A stretch of DNA of 64,000 nt from Candidatus Latescibacterota bacterium (GCA_965116875.1 OZ220733.1:5389093-5453092); one strand, 5' to 3'. Counted from the first letter of the stretch, positions 39,650-49,796 are shown. Translations and numbers: made by a program. Notes: generated by a model not told the origin, from the letters alone.

Positions 39650-40804
39650 TCATCGATCGCTCAGAAACTCCACAATTCCAGCTTTGTCGTTATTCCGCGC
39701 GTGTTCAATGGGTTTCTTCCCGAGCATGTCTGTGGCTTCAATATCAGCTCCGTGGCCAATCAAGAGTTCAACGACCGTTGTGTTGTTGTTCCTTTCTGCT
39801 GCCAAATGAAGCGGTGTTCGACCGTCCGTCGTTCGGGCATGCACGGAAGCGCCCTGCCTTAGAAGCCAGGATACAGCTTGTATCTCTTCGTGATGGCTGA
39901 AAAGGTGGAGGCAGGTCCTGCCGCCATCAATCAACCCGTCGACTTCACATCCGCACTCGATCAATGCGTCGGCAACTGGATTCTCGGAGGTACGCTTCTG
40001 TTTGAAATGTCGCAGAGTTGACCTCAGCGCGTTTGGATGATTCGGTTCTGCTCCGCCACGCACCAGTGACTGAATAACAGAAACGACTCCGCCGCTCTGG
40101 CAACAAGACACCAGCGGCGTAATAGCTATCCCTATATTCGCCTCATGATTTGGATCGGATCCGGCTCCCAACAGGAGGTCGATTATCTCAAGTTGCCGCT
40201 CTTGATGTAACTCTGTCGCCCGTCCCAGCGCTGAACCCGCGCAATAGTGCAATCCTGTCAGTCCATTATCATCCGTCGCCTTGGCGAGAGACCTATCTCT
40301 CTTCAGGATCCGCCTTACCGCGGACAGATCCAGAATTGCAGCGGCACTGAAAAAGTCAACCGTCGCGCCTCCGTCAATGAGTACTTCAACCAAATCTGGT
40401 CGCCCAGTGTTTGCAGCAAGGGACAGCATTCGTTCTCCTTGCACCCGAGCGTTCGGATCAGCGCCTCTCAGGATGAGGAAGCGGGCGAGTTCGGAATGTG
40501 CATCTGTTTTTGGATGTGAAACATAGGGAGTCACGCAAGTTTTCAGGAGTTCGTCCAACGAACGGGTAGTCACCTTCTCGACCAGGACGTTCAGGCTATT
40601 CACGTCACCCTTTTTCACTAACGTCTTCAAATGTGTTCCAGTGCCCACAGGTGTTGCCAACTTGCTGCGGCGCTTCCTATTCACGCACGTGCGACAGCTG
40701 GGAGCATACCCGGTTTTCGATCTTGCACGTTGATGAAAGTGAGTTGTCGGCTTCGTTTCTCCGCAGGTCGTGCATTTCAGCCATTTCAGTGTTGCCTTAC
40801 TCAT
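39650..40804 (-). CDS. Ankyrin repeat protein with N-terminal CxxC...CxxC zinc finger
   Basis: KCTTCGETKPTTHF...GYAPSCRTC, then GRTPLHLAA-type ankyrin repeats. Confidence 0.85.
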   Translation of the reverse strand: MSKATLKWLKCTTCGETKPTTHFHQRARSKTGYAPSCRTCVNRKRRSKLATPVGTGTHLKTLVKKGDVNSLNVLVEKVTTRSLDELLKTCVTPYVSHPKTDAHSELARFLILRGADPNARVQGERMLSLAANTGRPDLVEVLIDGGATVDFFSAAAILDLSAVRRILKRDRSLAKATDDNGLTGLHYCAGSALGRATELHQERQLEIIDLLLGAGSDPNHEANIGIAITPLVSCCQSGGVVSVIQSLVRGGAEPNHPNALRSTLRHFKQKRTSENPVADALIECGCEVDGLIDGGRTCLHLFSHHEEIQAVSWLLRQGASVHARTTDGRTPLHLAAERNNNTTVVELLIGHGADIEATDMLGKKPIEHARNNDKAGIVEFLSDR

Positions 40805-41072
40805 GCGTGACACCAGTTAACCTTGATTCGTAAGTTTTCGGGGACGTTAATTCGAATATGTGCTTGTAAATAAAGGTGATTAAACGGCGGATTACCAGGA
40901 TACACCAGGTCACTGGCGGTGAAGGGAAAAAATGTCCTTCTATACGTCGATAACGCCCCGTTTCGGATGGTCTTATCGCGTCGCCGCGTTGCTGTTTTTT
41001 TCGGAATTAAGGTTAATTCCTGCGGATGTGACGATGGGTTTGCGATCCGGCATTCAGCGCGATGAGCATGGC

Positions 41073-41155
41073 GCTTAACGTTTTCGTGTCGCTGAATCGC
41101 AAAGCGGTTGGGCGAAGGGTCGAATTGCCCGGAGCCAGGCACGGTCGTGTTAGCT
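41073..41155 (-). repeat. attC-like site, subfamily B, canonical outer boxes
   Basis: GCTTAAC gttttcgtgtcgctg...ccaggcacggtcgt GTTAGCT. Confidence 0.8.
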
Positions 41156-41458
41156 GCGTGACGTAGCTACTCCTGCCCATATGACCTGACATACTCGTAA
41201 ACTCAATATTGCGATTGAAATCCGAGAATGAATGGTCCAGGATGACATTTTTACCTTCCAACCATCGACAAGCTTGGCCAAAATCAATTTACACGCCATC
41301 TGTGAACAATGCCGACCAATTGGATGACTAGTCCCTGACTATTTGTGTGTCGTTTTCGCCGATCCCAAACAGTGTAGCGTTTGTGCAATGGGCCGAATGG
41401 CCCGAAGTCTGGTGCACGGTGTTGGAGTCTGTGCGGGCAGGGAGGGCGGCGTGGTCGC

Positions 41459-41749
41459 TCAAGCGCTTAACGACCGTGCCACGGTTTCGGGATTTTCCGA
41501 AGCAATCTTGAGCAAAGCCCGAGCAGGACCCTCCGGACGGCGACGTCCCTGCTCCCAATTCTGCAATGTAGAGACGCTGACACCGATCATCAGGGCAAAT
41601 TCAGACTGGGATTGATTCAGTTTTTGCCGGATCATCCGAATGTCTTCAGGATCCATTTGGGTCGTTCGTCCTGGCTTCAACTTGCCGCGCTTGATCGCTC
41701 CGGCTTGCTTGACGCTGGCTGCAAGTTGGTCGAAATCACGCTCATTCAT
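41459..41749 (-). CDS. HigA/NadS-like HTH antitoxin
   Basis: SQSEFALMIGVSVSTLQNWEQGRRRPEGPA. Confidence 0.9.
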   Translation of the reverse strand: MNERDFDQLAASVKQAGAIKRGKLKPGRTTQMDPEDIRMIRQKLNQSQSEFALMIGVSVSTLQNWEQGRRRPEGPARALLKIASENPETVARSLSA

Positions 41750-42063
41750 GCCAGATACTCCTTTACGAGTTTACCAAGCAACTTACACTGCCGAGGGGTG
41801 AGATCGTCCTGTTGACTCTTGCGAAACACCCCCAACATATAAAAAACCTCGTTTGGCTTGTCCCAGTAGTAGATCACACGAACACCGCCCCGCTTGCCAG
41901 CGTGCGGCAATTTCCATCTCAGTTTTCGCAATCCACCCGTACGCTGAATAATCTTTCACAATTCTGGCCGGAACAGGAGCGCCGACTGTATTGCCCGATA
42001 GTCCTCATCCGATAGCAGGGTCAAGAGCTGTCTTGTGAAGATTGGCGTTTCGACGAAGACCAT
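41746..42063 (-). pseudogene. RelE/HigB2-like toxin with premature TGA
   Basis: MVFVETPIFTRQ...FRPEL*KIIQRTGGLRKLRW...GKRGGVRVIYY; TGA at 41956-41958. Confidence 0.88.
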
Positions 42064-42080
42064 ACGTCTAATATACGCCA

Positions 42081-42450
42081 ATGACGTATAGTGTGCAAGA
42101 TCCTCACGTTGGCCACGGCGTTCCGAAGGCGAGGATCGCCAGGCAGTTGGGAGTTTCGCGGCAGACGGTGTACAACCACCAGAGCCGTGACGATGTGTTC
42201 CTCGCAGTCAATGCACAGAGATCGTCGAAGGTGGATGCGTTTAGAGACACGATCCGGACGGGTCTGGAGCAGTTCGATGTGCCGTGCACGGTACTGTTGC
42301 AGGAACTGCGTTGGCAGGGCTATCAGGGTGGGATCACGGTCCTGTGTGAGTACATCCGACCGCAGTAAGCGTCGTCGGTGCGTTGTGTGACCGAGCGTTT
42401 CGAGACGCTGCCCGGGCGGCAGGCGCAGATGGATTGGGGCGAATGCGGCT
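42081..42450 (+). pseudogene. IS21 family IstA transposase N-terminal remnant
   Basis: IARQLGVSRQTV, GYQGG, stop, then RFETLPGRQAQMDWG. Confidence 0.85.
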
Positions 42451-42521
42451 GGCCTCGAACCGGATCGGATCGACTTCGGTCTTCGCGTGCATATACGGAA
42501 TCGACTTCGGGAAATGCCGCA

Positions 42522-43649
42522 TCAGGCCGGGGTTCCGCGCCAGAAATCGTTGTACGCCGCCAGCGGCCCTTCCCCGTGGGACCCGGTAGCCAGGTCCAGC
42601 CCCCCGAAGAGATAGACGGACCCGCCTCCCACTGTCATAACGGGGATTCGCTTCACACCGGGACGTTCGGCGCCGGCAGAGTAATCCTTCGCACCGTTGT
42701 GTGGATACAGACAGTCCCACCGGCCGGCTCGAAGATCGTACTGCCACAGATCGTTCAGTTGGGGGTGCTCCCTTTCCCCTCCTGCATATCCTCCGAACAG
42801 ATACAGGCGATCTCCGATCACAGCGTATCCCAGCCCGTACCGGGGGGAAGGCCGTGTGAGATCATCCGCCCGGTTTTCCTGAATGCAGGTCCAGGCGCCT
42901 CTGTCAGGATCGTATTCCCACAGATCGTTGTAGAACTCCGGCGCTCGACCCTGACTGTCCCGACCGCCCCACAGGTAGAGCCTGCCGTTCCAGCCTACGA
43001 ACGCGGGGCAGTATCGTTTCGGCGGCCAACCGTCGCGTCTATTGGATTCAGGCCCCAGGTACTCCCATTTTCCGGCCGGCGCCTTGTAGGTCCACAGCTG
43101 CGCGTGCGTCATCGCGCCATGTCCCCCCATCAGATACAGATTATCACCCAGAACGGCCGCCCCCATTCCGCCGAACCCGGCGGGACGATGCCCATCCGCC
43201 GTTTTTCCCGATGCGCGCCCGTCGCCGGGCTCTAACAGCTCCCACGAGGCCGTTTTCGGATCGTAGGCCCAGAGATCGTTCAGCTTGATCTCCCCCTTGC
43301 CGGGGCCCCGCACTGAGGACCCGCCAAAGAGATAGAGCCTGCCGTTCAGGGGCAGCCAGGTCGGGAGCTTCCGGGTACACGGTCTGACATCGGACGGTCT
43401 GAACCCGATACGCCCATCGTGGTCTTCCAGGTGCGTCCACCGGCCTCGGCCCGGGTCGTAGCGCCACAGGTCGTTCAATGAGCCCTGGACGGAAAGATCT
43501 CCAGGCCCTTTCGGCCGGCCGTACATCACTTTGATCCCCCCGAAGAGGTAGACGCATCCATCGTAGCTCAACATCCCGCCGAAGGCCGCCCGCCTGCAGG
43601 GTATATCCTCGTCTTGCTCCCGGTCCGGATGCAGCAGTTCCCACTTCAT
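42522..43649 (-). CDS. Kelch repeat protein
   Basis: Repeated LYLFGG...LNDLW.YD units. Confidence 0.9.
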   Translation of the reverse strand: MKWELLHPDREQDEDIPCRRAAFGGMLSYDGCVYLFGGIKVMYGRPKGPGDLSVQGSLNDLWRYDPGRGRWTHLEDHDGRIGFRPSDVRPCTRKLPTWLPLNGRLYLFGGSSVRGPGKGEIKLNDLWAYDPKTASWELLEPGDGRASGKTADGHRPAGFGGMGAAVLGDNLYLMGGHGAMTHAQLWTYKAPAGKWEYLGPESNRRDGWPPKRYCPAFVGWNGRLYLWGGRDSQGRAPEFYNDLWEYDPDRGAWTCIQENRADDLTRPSPRYGLGYAVIGDRLYLFGGYAGGEREHPQLNDLWQYDLRAGRWDCLYPHNGAKDYSAGAERPGVKRIPVMTVGGGSVYLFGGLDLATGSHGEGPLAAYNDFWRGTPA

Positions 43650-43693
43650 AACGGACCTCCGCACGGCCTGACTTGTGATTCTGCGAAATGGCT

Positions 43694-44104
43694 TCAGGAC
43701 GCATAAAGAGCATACAGCCTGGCGCGGTCCAGGTACACTTTGACATTTAAGCCGCCGCGAGCCTGTGAGACCATCTTCTCTTCGAGCCCGCCTTCGTTAT
43801 CCCCGACTGCGCCTTGGGGATCGCTTTTCCATTGTACCCGGTATTCTGTTTCATTCGCTGAGAAGGGTATGCAGTCTTCTTTGCCAAAACCCGGCACGAC
43901 CCGGTCAAACGGATCGACGATCTCCACTCGCAGCGACCCGCCGGTCGCATCGGCGTTGATCCACAATGCGTTGGGCTCGATACTCAACTCTTCGATCCGG
44001 TTTCGGGCGATCCACCCCTCGTGGAGCGTGTGAAATACAGACAGGAAGTCGATACGAAAGTCGCGATACGCCAGCGAACTCATGCCGTAGAACTCTCGGT
44101 CCTG
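43694..44104 (-). pseudogene. 5'-truncated, internally deleted copy of the 48092-49549 gene
   Basis: Near-identical to 48092-48384 and 48711-48826; net 324 bp missing. Confidence 0.9.
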
Positions 44105-44623
44105 GAGATCGGGGCGTACATACAGCGTGCGACATAGGTTTGGTTCCTCTCATCTGATTGGGATGACCTGAGATCCGATTCGAAAAAATGGTTTAGCCCT
44201 AGGCAATACCGAAGAGATCACGACATCTCTCCAAAAACTTCACGTCAGGACCAGCAAGGGCAGTGGCCCCTCCAAGCGGCACGCGAGCAAAGTGATCCCG
44301 AACTTAGCGGCACGCCCTCTGGGTAGGGGCGCAGCCTTCGGCATAGTCAAGTCATTAGCAAGTGAGCTTTTGGACAAGACGTAGGTGCATTCCGCCGGAT
44401 ATTCAGTTTTCTCCGTCGCCTTTTCGCCACTTCGATAGGTGTAAAAATCAAGCAACCGGTGTGACACAGGCCAATGTGTGGGTAGTGGTGTTGAGGTGGG
44501 TCCAGGAGCGCTTTATTTTGCGACGGCGCTCATGGCCCGACAATACAGATCTTCTACGTCGATGTCCGAGGCCGTCACTTCGGAGCACCACGCACGAAGT
44601 GTATGGGAGGCTCGATATGTTCG

Positions 44624-44884
44624 CTACGGCTCAAGTGATTCCTGATTGCGTTCCCGAATCCGCTTAGGTCTTCGAAATAAGAAATAGATAGACGCACCAA
44701 GGACATTGGAGCCAAGAATTGTAATGCCCCAACCCAACTTCTGCCCAGGCTACCACTGACATTGACGGGCGCCCAATGCCAGCAACAGCATGATGCGCTC
44801 GCAGGGGCAGATCAGAGACCCGAGGAAACGCGAGAAGACAGGACCAGGATGGCAACAAATGGTCAAGTCTCCCTCACGTGTCAT
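44624..44884 (-). pseudogene. Possible decayed small membrane protein (PLDc_N-like)
   Basis: One frame reads QKLGWGITILGSNVLGASIYFLFRRPKR; upstream frame broken. Confidence 0.35.
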
Positions 44885-45110
44885 ATCTCTCTGGACGATA
44901 CGTAAGGGGTCTCCTGATGTCAATGTGCCAGGGAGGAAACGCCAGCCGGGGATCAGGGCCTGTGGCGTCCGTTGCCAAGGGGTCGCGGCGGATCGGGCCT
45001 TCCGGCGCATTGGGTGAATCACGTTGTGATTAGCCGGTTCCTGGGGACGTCGATTCCCCGAGTCGGCGAAGCGACGAATCCCGCAGATAAGTCCCGCAAC
45101 GGGCGCATGC

Positions 45111-46487
45111 CTACCTGCTGAACGCGTCGGGCCTGGTGGAGTCCGAGGGCCAGTACCCGTCGCGGCTCGGGTGCCAGCGCTTGCCGCACAGGTCGGAGAT
45201 CACGCTCCATTCGGGGGCGCTCAGATCAGGGTCCGGCTGGAACAGGAAGCGCTGCAGGCCGGCCCGCTCGGAGGCGGTCAGGATGCCGTGCAGGTCGCGG
45301 GCGGTCATGGGCTCGCCCCCGTGCGGACGGCGCCCCGTCGACACCCAGGCGATCACCTTGTTCACATCCCCGATGGCCTCCAGCGCTCGGCGCGTCTCGT
45401 TGTACACCAGCTCCGAGAAGAACTCCTCGGGGAACCCCAGTTCCATGTCCGCCAGGGTCTGCACCCCGGGAAGCTCCAGCCCCAGGAAGGCCTTGACCAC
45501 GGCGAAGCCGTCTGCCTCCAACAGGGTCGGGTTCCAGTCCAGGACCTGCTGCACCCAGCGGGCCATGGTGCCGTAGAGGCCGTCATTCCCGCGGTGCCAG
45601 AAGTAGTGCTTGGGGCAGACGTAGTCGAAGTACTCCGCCATCTCGCCAAATTCGTGCCCGGTCAGTGACGAGAAAGCGGCGGTGCGCGGAATGCCCCCCA
45701 GCTCCACCTTCCCTCCCACTCTCTGCATCTGCGCGTGCACGGCGCGCATGAACCCCCGCGCCGCTTCGCGGCGGGCGCGCAGCCAGTACAGGGCATCCTC
45801 GTTCAGGTCGAACAGGTTCAGTGCCCCCAGCATGCCGCCGGACGCGTGGTAGCGCACCAGATCCGGAGTCAGGTTGTGGAAACGCTCGTTCAGGTGCGCC
45901 ATGCCGCGGGCGACGCGCTCCACATCGGCGCCGATGGCTTCCAGGCGGTGCCGCATGCGACCGTCCAGTTCCAGTAGGGCCTGACCCCGATGGAAGGCAA
46001 GTTCGTAGAAGGTCTCACCGGGCTGGTCCAGGATGACGCCGTGGGCCTGGGGATAGGCACTGGCCAGGTCGTGCACCCCGGCGGCCACCTCGATGGCCCC
46101 GAAAGGGTCCTCCTCCTCGGCTAGGCCGCTGGTGGTACCCTGGCCCCGCTGGTAGAGCAGCCGGAGCCCGTCTCTGGAGTCGAAGATCATGATGTGCCAG
46201 CCCCGGGAGGCGGCGTTGTCGAGGAGCGCGTGGAGCTGCTTCTCCCTCTCGGGGGTGCGGGCCGTTTCCGGGGGCGGCTTGATGCCGAACGCGGCGTACA
46301 CCTTTGGGTCCGCCGCAAACGAGGGGGTGAGGGTGTCCCCCCACAACGGCATGCCGGCCTCGTTCCTGAGCCACATCCGTCCCACCACGATGCCGCCCAC
46401 CCCTCCCGCCTCCCACGCGTCGAAGATGCGCGGGTAATCGTCCAGCCAGTGCTCCAGGGGATTGTGCACGAAGATCCAGGGTACCAT
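45111..46487 (-). CDS. Conserved hypothetical protein (putative TIM barrel), paralogue of 53591-54904
   Basis: Shares PKHYFWHRG.DG.YGT and VIAWVSTGRRPHGG.PM.ARDLHGILTAS with the second copy. Confidence 0.85.
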   Translation of the reverse strand: MVPWIFVHNPLEHWLDDYPRIFDAWEAGGVGGIVVGRMWLRNEAGMPLWGDTLTPSFAADPKVYAAFGIKPPPETARTPEREKQLHALLDNAASRGWHIMIFDSRDGLRLLYQRGQGTTSGLAEEEDPFGAIEVAAGVHDLASAYPQAHGVILDQPGETFYELAFHRGQALLELDGRMRHRLEAIGADVERVARGMAHLNERFHNLTPDLVRYHASGGMLGALNLFDLNEDALYWLRARREAARGFMRAVHAQMQRVGGKVELGGIPRTAAFSSLTGHEFGEMAEYFDYVCPKHYFWHRGNDGLYGTMARWVQQVLDWNPTLLEADGFAVVKAFLGLELPGVQTLADMELGFPEEFFSELVYNETRRALEAIGDVNKVIAWVSTGRRPHGGEPMTARDLHGILTASERAGLQRFLFQPDPDLSAPEWSVISDLCGKRWHPSRDGYWPSDSTRPDAFSR

Positions 46488-46645
46488 CGCGTCACCTCTC
46501 TCTGGGGTTACCCCAGTTTAGTGGACGGTTCCTTAACAGCACATTCAATGAGCATCCACAGCCAGAAACCTATCATGCCCAAGAGGAGGACAAGCAGGAT
46601 TTCCCAAAGACCTATTCCGAACATTCTCGCCTCCCTTGTTTTCGG

Positions 46646-46990
46646 TCAATCGAATGGTTGATAATTATCTCGAGCTTTGGATTTAGGGAAGATCTGACTC
46701 GGGATTTCTCCGCTGTCGCATAAATCCAAGTATTGGTGTGTAGGCACGTGACGGATGTATACTTTGCCCCGGTTGAAGTGAATAGATACAACAAGACGGT
46801 ACTTGCTGCCGGCGATGTTGAAAACAACGAATTCGCCGACCTTGTCGGCCGAAGGAAAGGTGTGGCGCAATGCCGCGAAACTCCCAAACTGAGTTTGCCG
46901 CATGATCTTGAACCAGCGACTCAGAGGCTTCTCACTGTCGGGATGCTGTGCCCAAAACGCTCGGAGGGCTTTGCGTGAGATTACATGCAC
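46646..46990 (-). pseudogene. HigB-like toxin with aberrant 3' end; no adjacent antitoxin
   Basis: MHVISRKALRAFW..HP, FPSADKVG..VVFNIAGSKYRL, YIRHV then divergent tail. Confidence 0.75.
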
Positions 46991-47081
46991 CTACATAATA
47001 TATCGTAGTAAGCGATATGCCGCAAATATCCTGCCCCGCGTCCCAATCCACGGGCCTGACTCGACGCCATTGCTGCCTTTC

Positions 47082-47180
47082 GTCTAATCTTCTGGCCATT
47101 CGCGCATCCGCGTAGCGGGTTGCCGAATGGCCGAAGGAGCGTCGCGACTGAAGCGCTCCCCGATAGAGCGAAGCATTAGA
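47082..47180 (-). repeat. Degenerate attC-like site
   Basis: ccgcgtagcgggttgccgaatggcc core. Confidence 0.45.
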
Positions 47181-47577
47181 GCGGCTGACCTTCAACGCAC
47201 ACCATTAGAATTTTGTCTCGCTCTGAAATTATCGCTGTACCCTGACATTGCCGATCGACACCCCAAAGGACTCAAATTCGGCTCCTGCATTGTTGAAAGT
47301 TCCTTGTGCGCCGACTTGCAGAGGTTGTGGATGGTCCTTAGTCGGAAGTCGGCACGTTCCAGATGGTACCTGTAACACCTCGGATACTCTCTGGCAAACC
47401 TACAGAACTCGCCATACTTATCCGCATCCTTCCCTTCGAGTTCTCGCCAAATTGTATCCATGGTCAAGACGACCCCAGGGGATCCCCGACGCATTGAATG
47501 CAAGCCGAGAATAGGATGGATTCCCGTGCTGTAACCTGGAAGGCTCATGTTGTCAGATTGGCTCGGAGTCTGATTGC

Positions 47578-47638
47578 AGCTAACGTTTGGCGTCTGCGAA
47601 GGGGACTGGCCCGGCGAAGCCGGATTGGCGCATTGCGA
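47578..47638 (-). repeat. Half attC-like site abutting an IS21 remnant
   Basis: agctaacgtttggcgtctgcgaa; other half replaced by istB sequence. Confidence 0.5.
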
Positions 47639-47706
47639 CGAGGTCGTGAAGGGTGATGAAGTAGACGCGATGGCCGGCTTCGAGTGCTTTAAGTGCCAGT
47701 CCGATA
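47636..47706 (-). pseudogene. IS21 IstB ATPase fragment
   Basis: LAIGLALKALEAGHRVYFITLHDLV, the segment after Walker A in IstB/DnaC-like ATPases. Confidence 0.7.
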
Positions 47707-48001
47707 GCCAGGTCGGGAGCTTCCGGGTACACGGTCTGGTATCGGACGGTCTGAACCCGATGCGCCCATCGTGGTCTTCCAGGCGCGTCCACCGGCCTCG
47801 ACCCGGGTCGTAGCGCCACAGGTCGTTCAATGAGCCCTGGACGGAAAGATCTCCAGGCCCTTTCGGCCGGCCGTACATCACTTTGATCCCCCCGAAGAGG
47901 TAGACGCATCCATCGTAGCTCAACATCCCGCCGAAGGCCGCCCGCCTGCAGGGTACATCCTCGTCTTGCTCCCGGTCCGGATGCAGCAGTTCCCACTTCA
48001 T
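47706..48001 (-). pseudogene. 3'-truncated duplicate of the kelch gene
   Basis: Near-identical to 43354-43649. Confidence 0.9.
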
Positions 48002-48091
48002 AGCGGACCTCCGCACGGCCTGAACTCAATTCGGCAGAGAAAGTTCGGCATATGCCGTTCATAGCCAAAAAAGTTGAACCCCTGAATGGCT

Positions 48092-49549
48092 TCAGGACGC
48101 ATAAAGAGCAAACAGCCTGGCGCGGTCCAGGTACACTTTGACCTTTAAGCCGCCGCGAGCCTGTGAGACCATCTTCTCTTCGAGCCCGCCTTCGTTATCC
48201 CCTACTGCGCCTTGCGGATCGCTTTTCCATTGTACCCGGTATTCTGTTTCATTCGCTGAGAAGGGTATGCAGTCTTCTTTGCCAAAACCCGGCACGACCC
48301 GGTCAAACGGATCGACAATCTCCACTTGCAGCGACCCGCCGGTCGCATCGGCGTTGATCCATAATGCATTGGGGTCGATACTCAGCGGGACCGTGGTCAC
48401 CACCCCCTGCGCCTCCGCCTTCAGGCAGATCAGCCGGTCTTTTTCGATTTTTGCCAGGTTGATTCCCCGCCGGGATTCTTCGCCGTAGCGCGTCCCCTCG
48501 CCGTGCAGTTCGTTTGAGCAACTGTGATAGAGCCAGATTTCGCCGCCGCGGACAAAGGGGGAATGAGACGGATAGACACTGCCACTGTCGTGGCTGCCAC
48601 GGGGGCCGCATTCCAGAATGGGTTCGCGGTTGCCCGCCCGATGCCACGTCCGGCCGTCCTTAGAGTAGGTCAACTGAATGTCCATCCGGTTCATCCATTC
48701 GGGCATCCAGTCTTCGATCCGGTTCCGGGCGATCCACCCTTCGTGGAGCGTGTGAAACACGGACAGGAAGCCGATACGAAAGTCGCGATACGCCAGCGAA
48801 CTCATGCCGTAAAACTCCCGGTCCTGCGGGGGATCGTGCTCATCGGGCGCGACGATGATCTTGCGCGGGGTCCAGTTTTCGAAATCATCGCTTTCGGCCA
48901 TGCAGATGATGCGCACGTTCGGCCGGCCCCGCAGATAAACGACGTAGCGGTGGATTCTTGCATCCCAATAGGCGACCAGATGGGTATCCGAGCCCTGTGG
49001 AATGACCGGGTTCAGCCAGCGCTGGGGCACGTTCCAATGAATTCCGTCGGCAGAATACGCCACACACACCGGCTGGACAATGCCGGCGAAGATCATGTCT
49101 CCACTCTGAAACATAAAGAGCATCTTGTAGCGCTTGCCGGGGTCTGTTTCGGTAGGGTCTTTCATGACGCCTGTCCCGGCCCCCCACCTCAAAAAGGGAA
49201 AGACCAGGTTATTCGCTTTGCTGCCGCCGTCCTCGACGAGGTTCAGGACAGGTTTTTCCCAGTGGATCCCGTCCCGCGACACGGCGTAGGCCAGTCCGTC
49301 CGCACTTTCGCCGCGCGCTTCGCTCAATCTCCGGCTCACGCCGTACCACATCTTGAAGATGTTTTCGTCGTCGTCATACAGGACGTTGACGTAACCGCCA
49401 ATCAGCCACTCCTCTTCCCAGGCCCGATCCTTCTCCAACAGCGGCTGTTGCGAGACCTTCTTTGCGGGCACGACCCCTTGCAAGACGCCGTCGAGACTCT
49501 CGACAAACGTATTGTCAATGAACAGGAAGGCCGATTTCTCGTCCGTCAT
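48092..49549 (-). CDS. Putative five-bladed beta-propeller glycosidase-like protein (GH32/43/130-like)
   Basis: FKMWY, YAVSRDGIHWEKP, AYSADGIHW, YSKDGRTW Asp-box-like repeats. Confidence 0.75.
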   Translation of the reverse strand: MTDEKSAFLFIDNTFVESLDGVLQGVVPAKKVSQQPLLEKDRAWEEEWLIGGYVNVLYDDDENIFKMWYGVSRRLSEARGESADGLAYAVSRDGIHWEKPVLNLVEDGGSKANNLVFPFLRWGAGTGVMKDPTETDPGKRYKMLFMFQSGDMIFAGIVQPVCVAYSADGIHWNVPQRWLNPVIPQGSDTHLVAYWDARIHRYVVYLRGRPNVRIICMAESDDFENWTPRKIIVAPDEHDPPQDREFYGMSSLAYRDFRIGFLSVFHTLHEGWIARNRIEDWMPEWMNRMDIQLTYSKDGRTWHRAGNREPILECGPRGSHDSGSVYPSHSPFVRGGEIWLYHSCSNELHGEGTRYGEESRRGINLAKIEKDRLICLKAEAQGVVTTVPLSIDPNALWINADATGGSLQVEIVDPFDRVVPGFGKEDCIPFSANETEYRVQWKSDPQGAVGDNEGGLEEKMVSQARGGLKVKVYLDRARLFALYAS

Positions 49550-49796
49550 TGGTGTCTCCTGGTGTTGTTTTGCTCCCTAATCTTCGCGTGAACTCGCAGA
49601 GCTTACAATGAGTTCAAACGGTGAATCCATTCGCTGTGCAGAAATCAGAATGGAGTGGTTGTTGATTCTTGTGCGGGTCTTCCGGGTGGGGGTGTCGGGT
49701 TTGGTGCGCTGCGGGCATTTGTTGTTATTAGCGGGAGCAGTAAGTAGTTGACATCTGTTGTGCCTGTTACTGCGGAGAGGAACTTGCCCAAGCTGG

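Noticed and set aside
29281-41155. Recurring repeats as a CRISPR array
   Set aside because: They are separated by whole genes, are divergent, and no cas genes are present.
26461-41958. Two in-frame TGA codons at expected Gly positions (Nudix 26461, toxin 41956) suggesting TGA=Gly recoding
   Set aside because: Both genes, and many others here, end in TGA; single GGA-to-TGA mutations are simpler.
47192-48016. 274-aa ORF as a novel kelch fusion protein
   Set aside because: Chance read-through across truncated kelch, an out-of-frame istB fragment, a half palindrome and a gene remnant.
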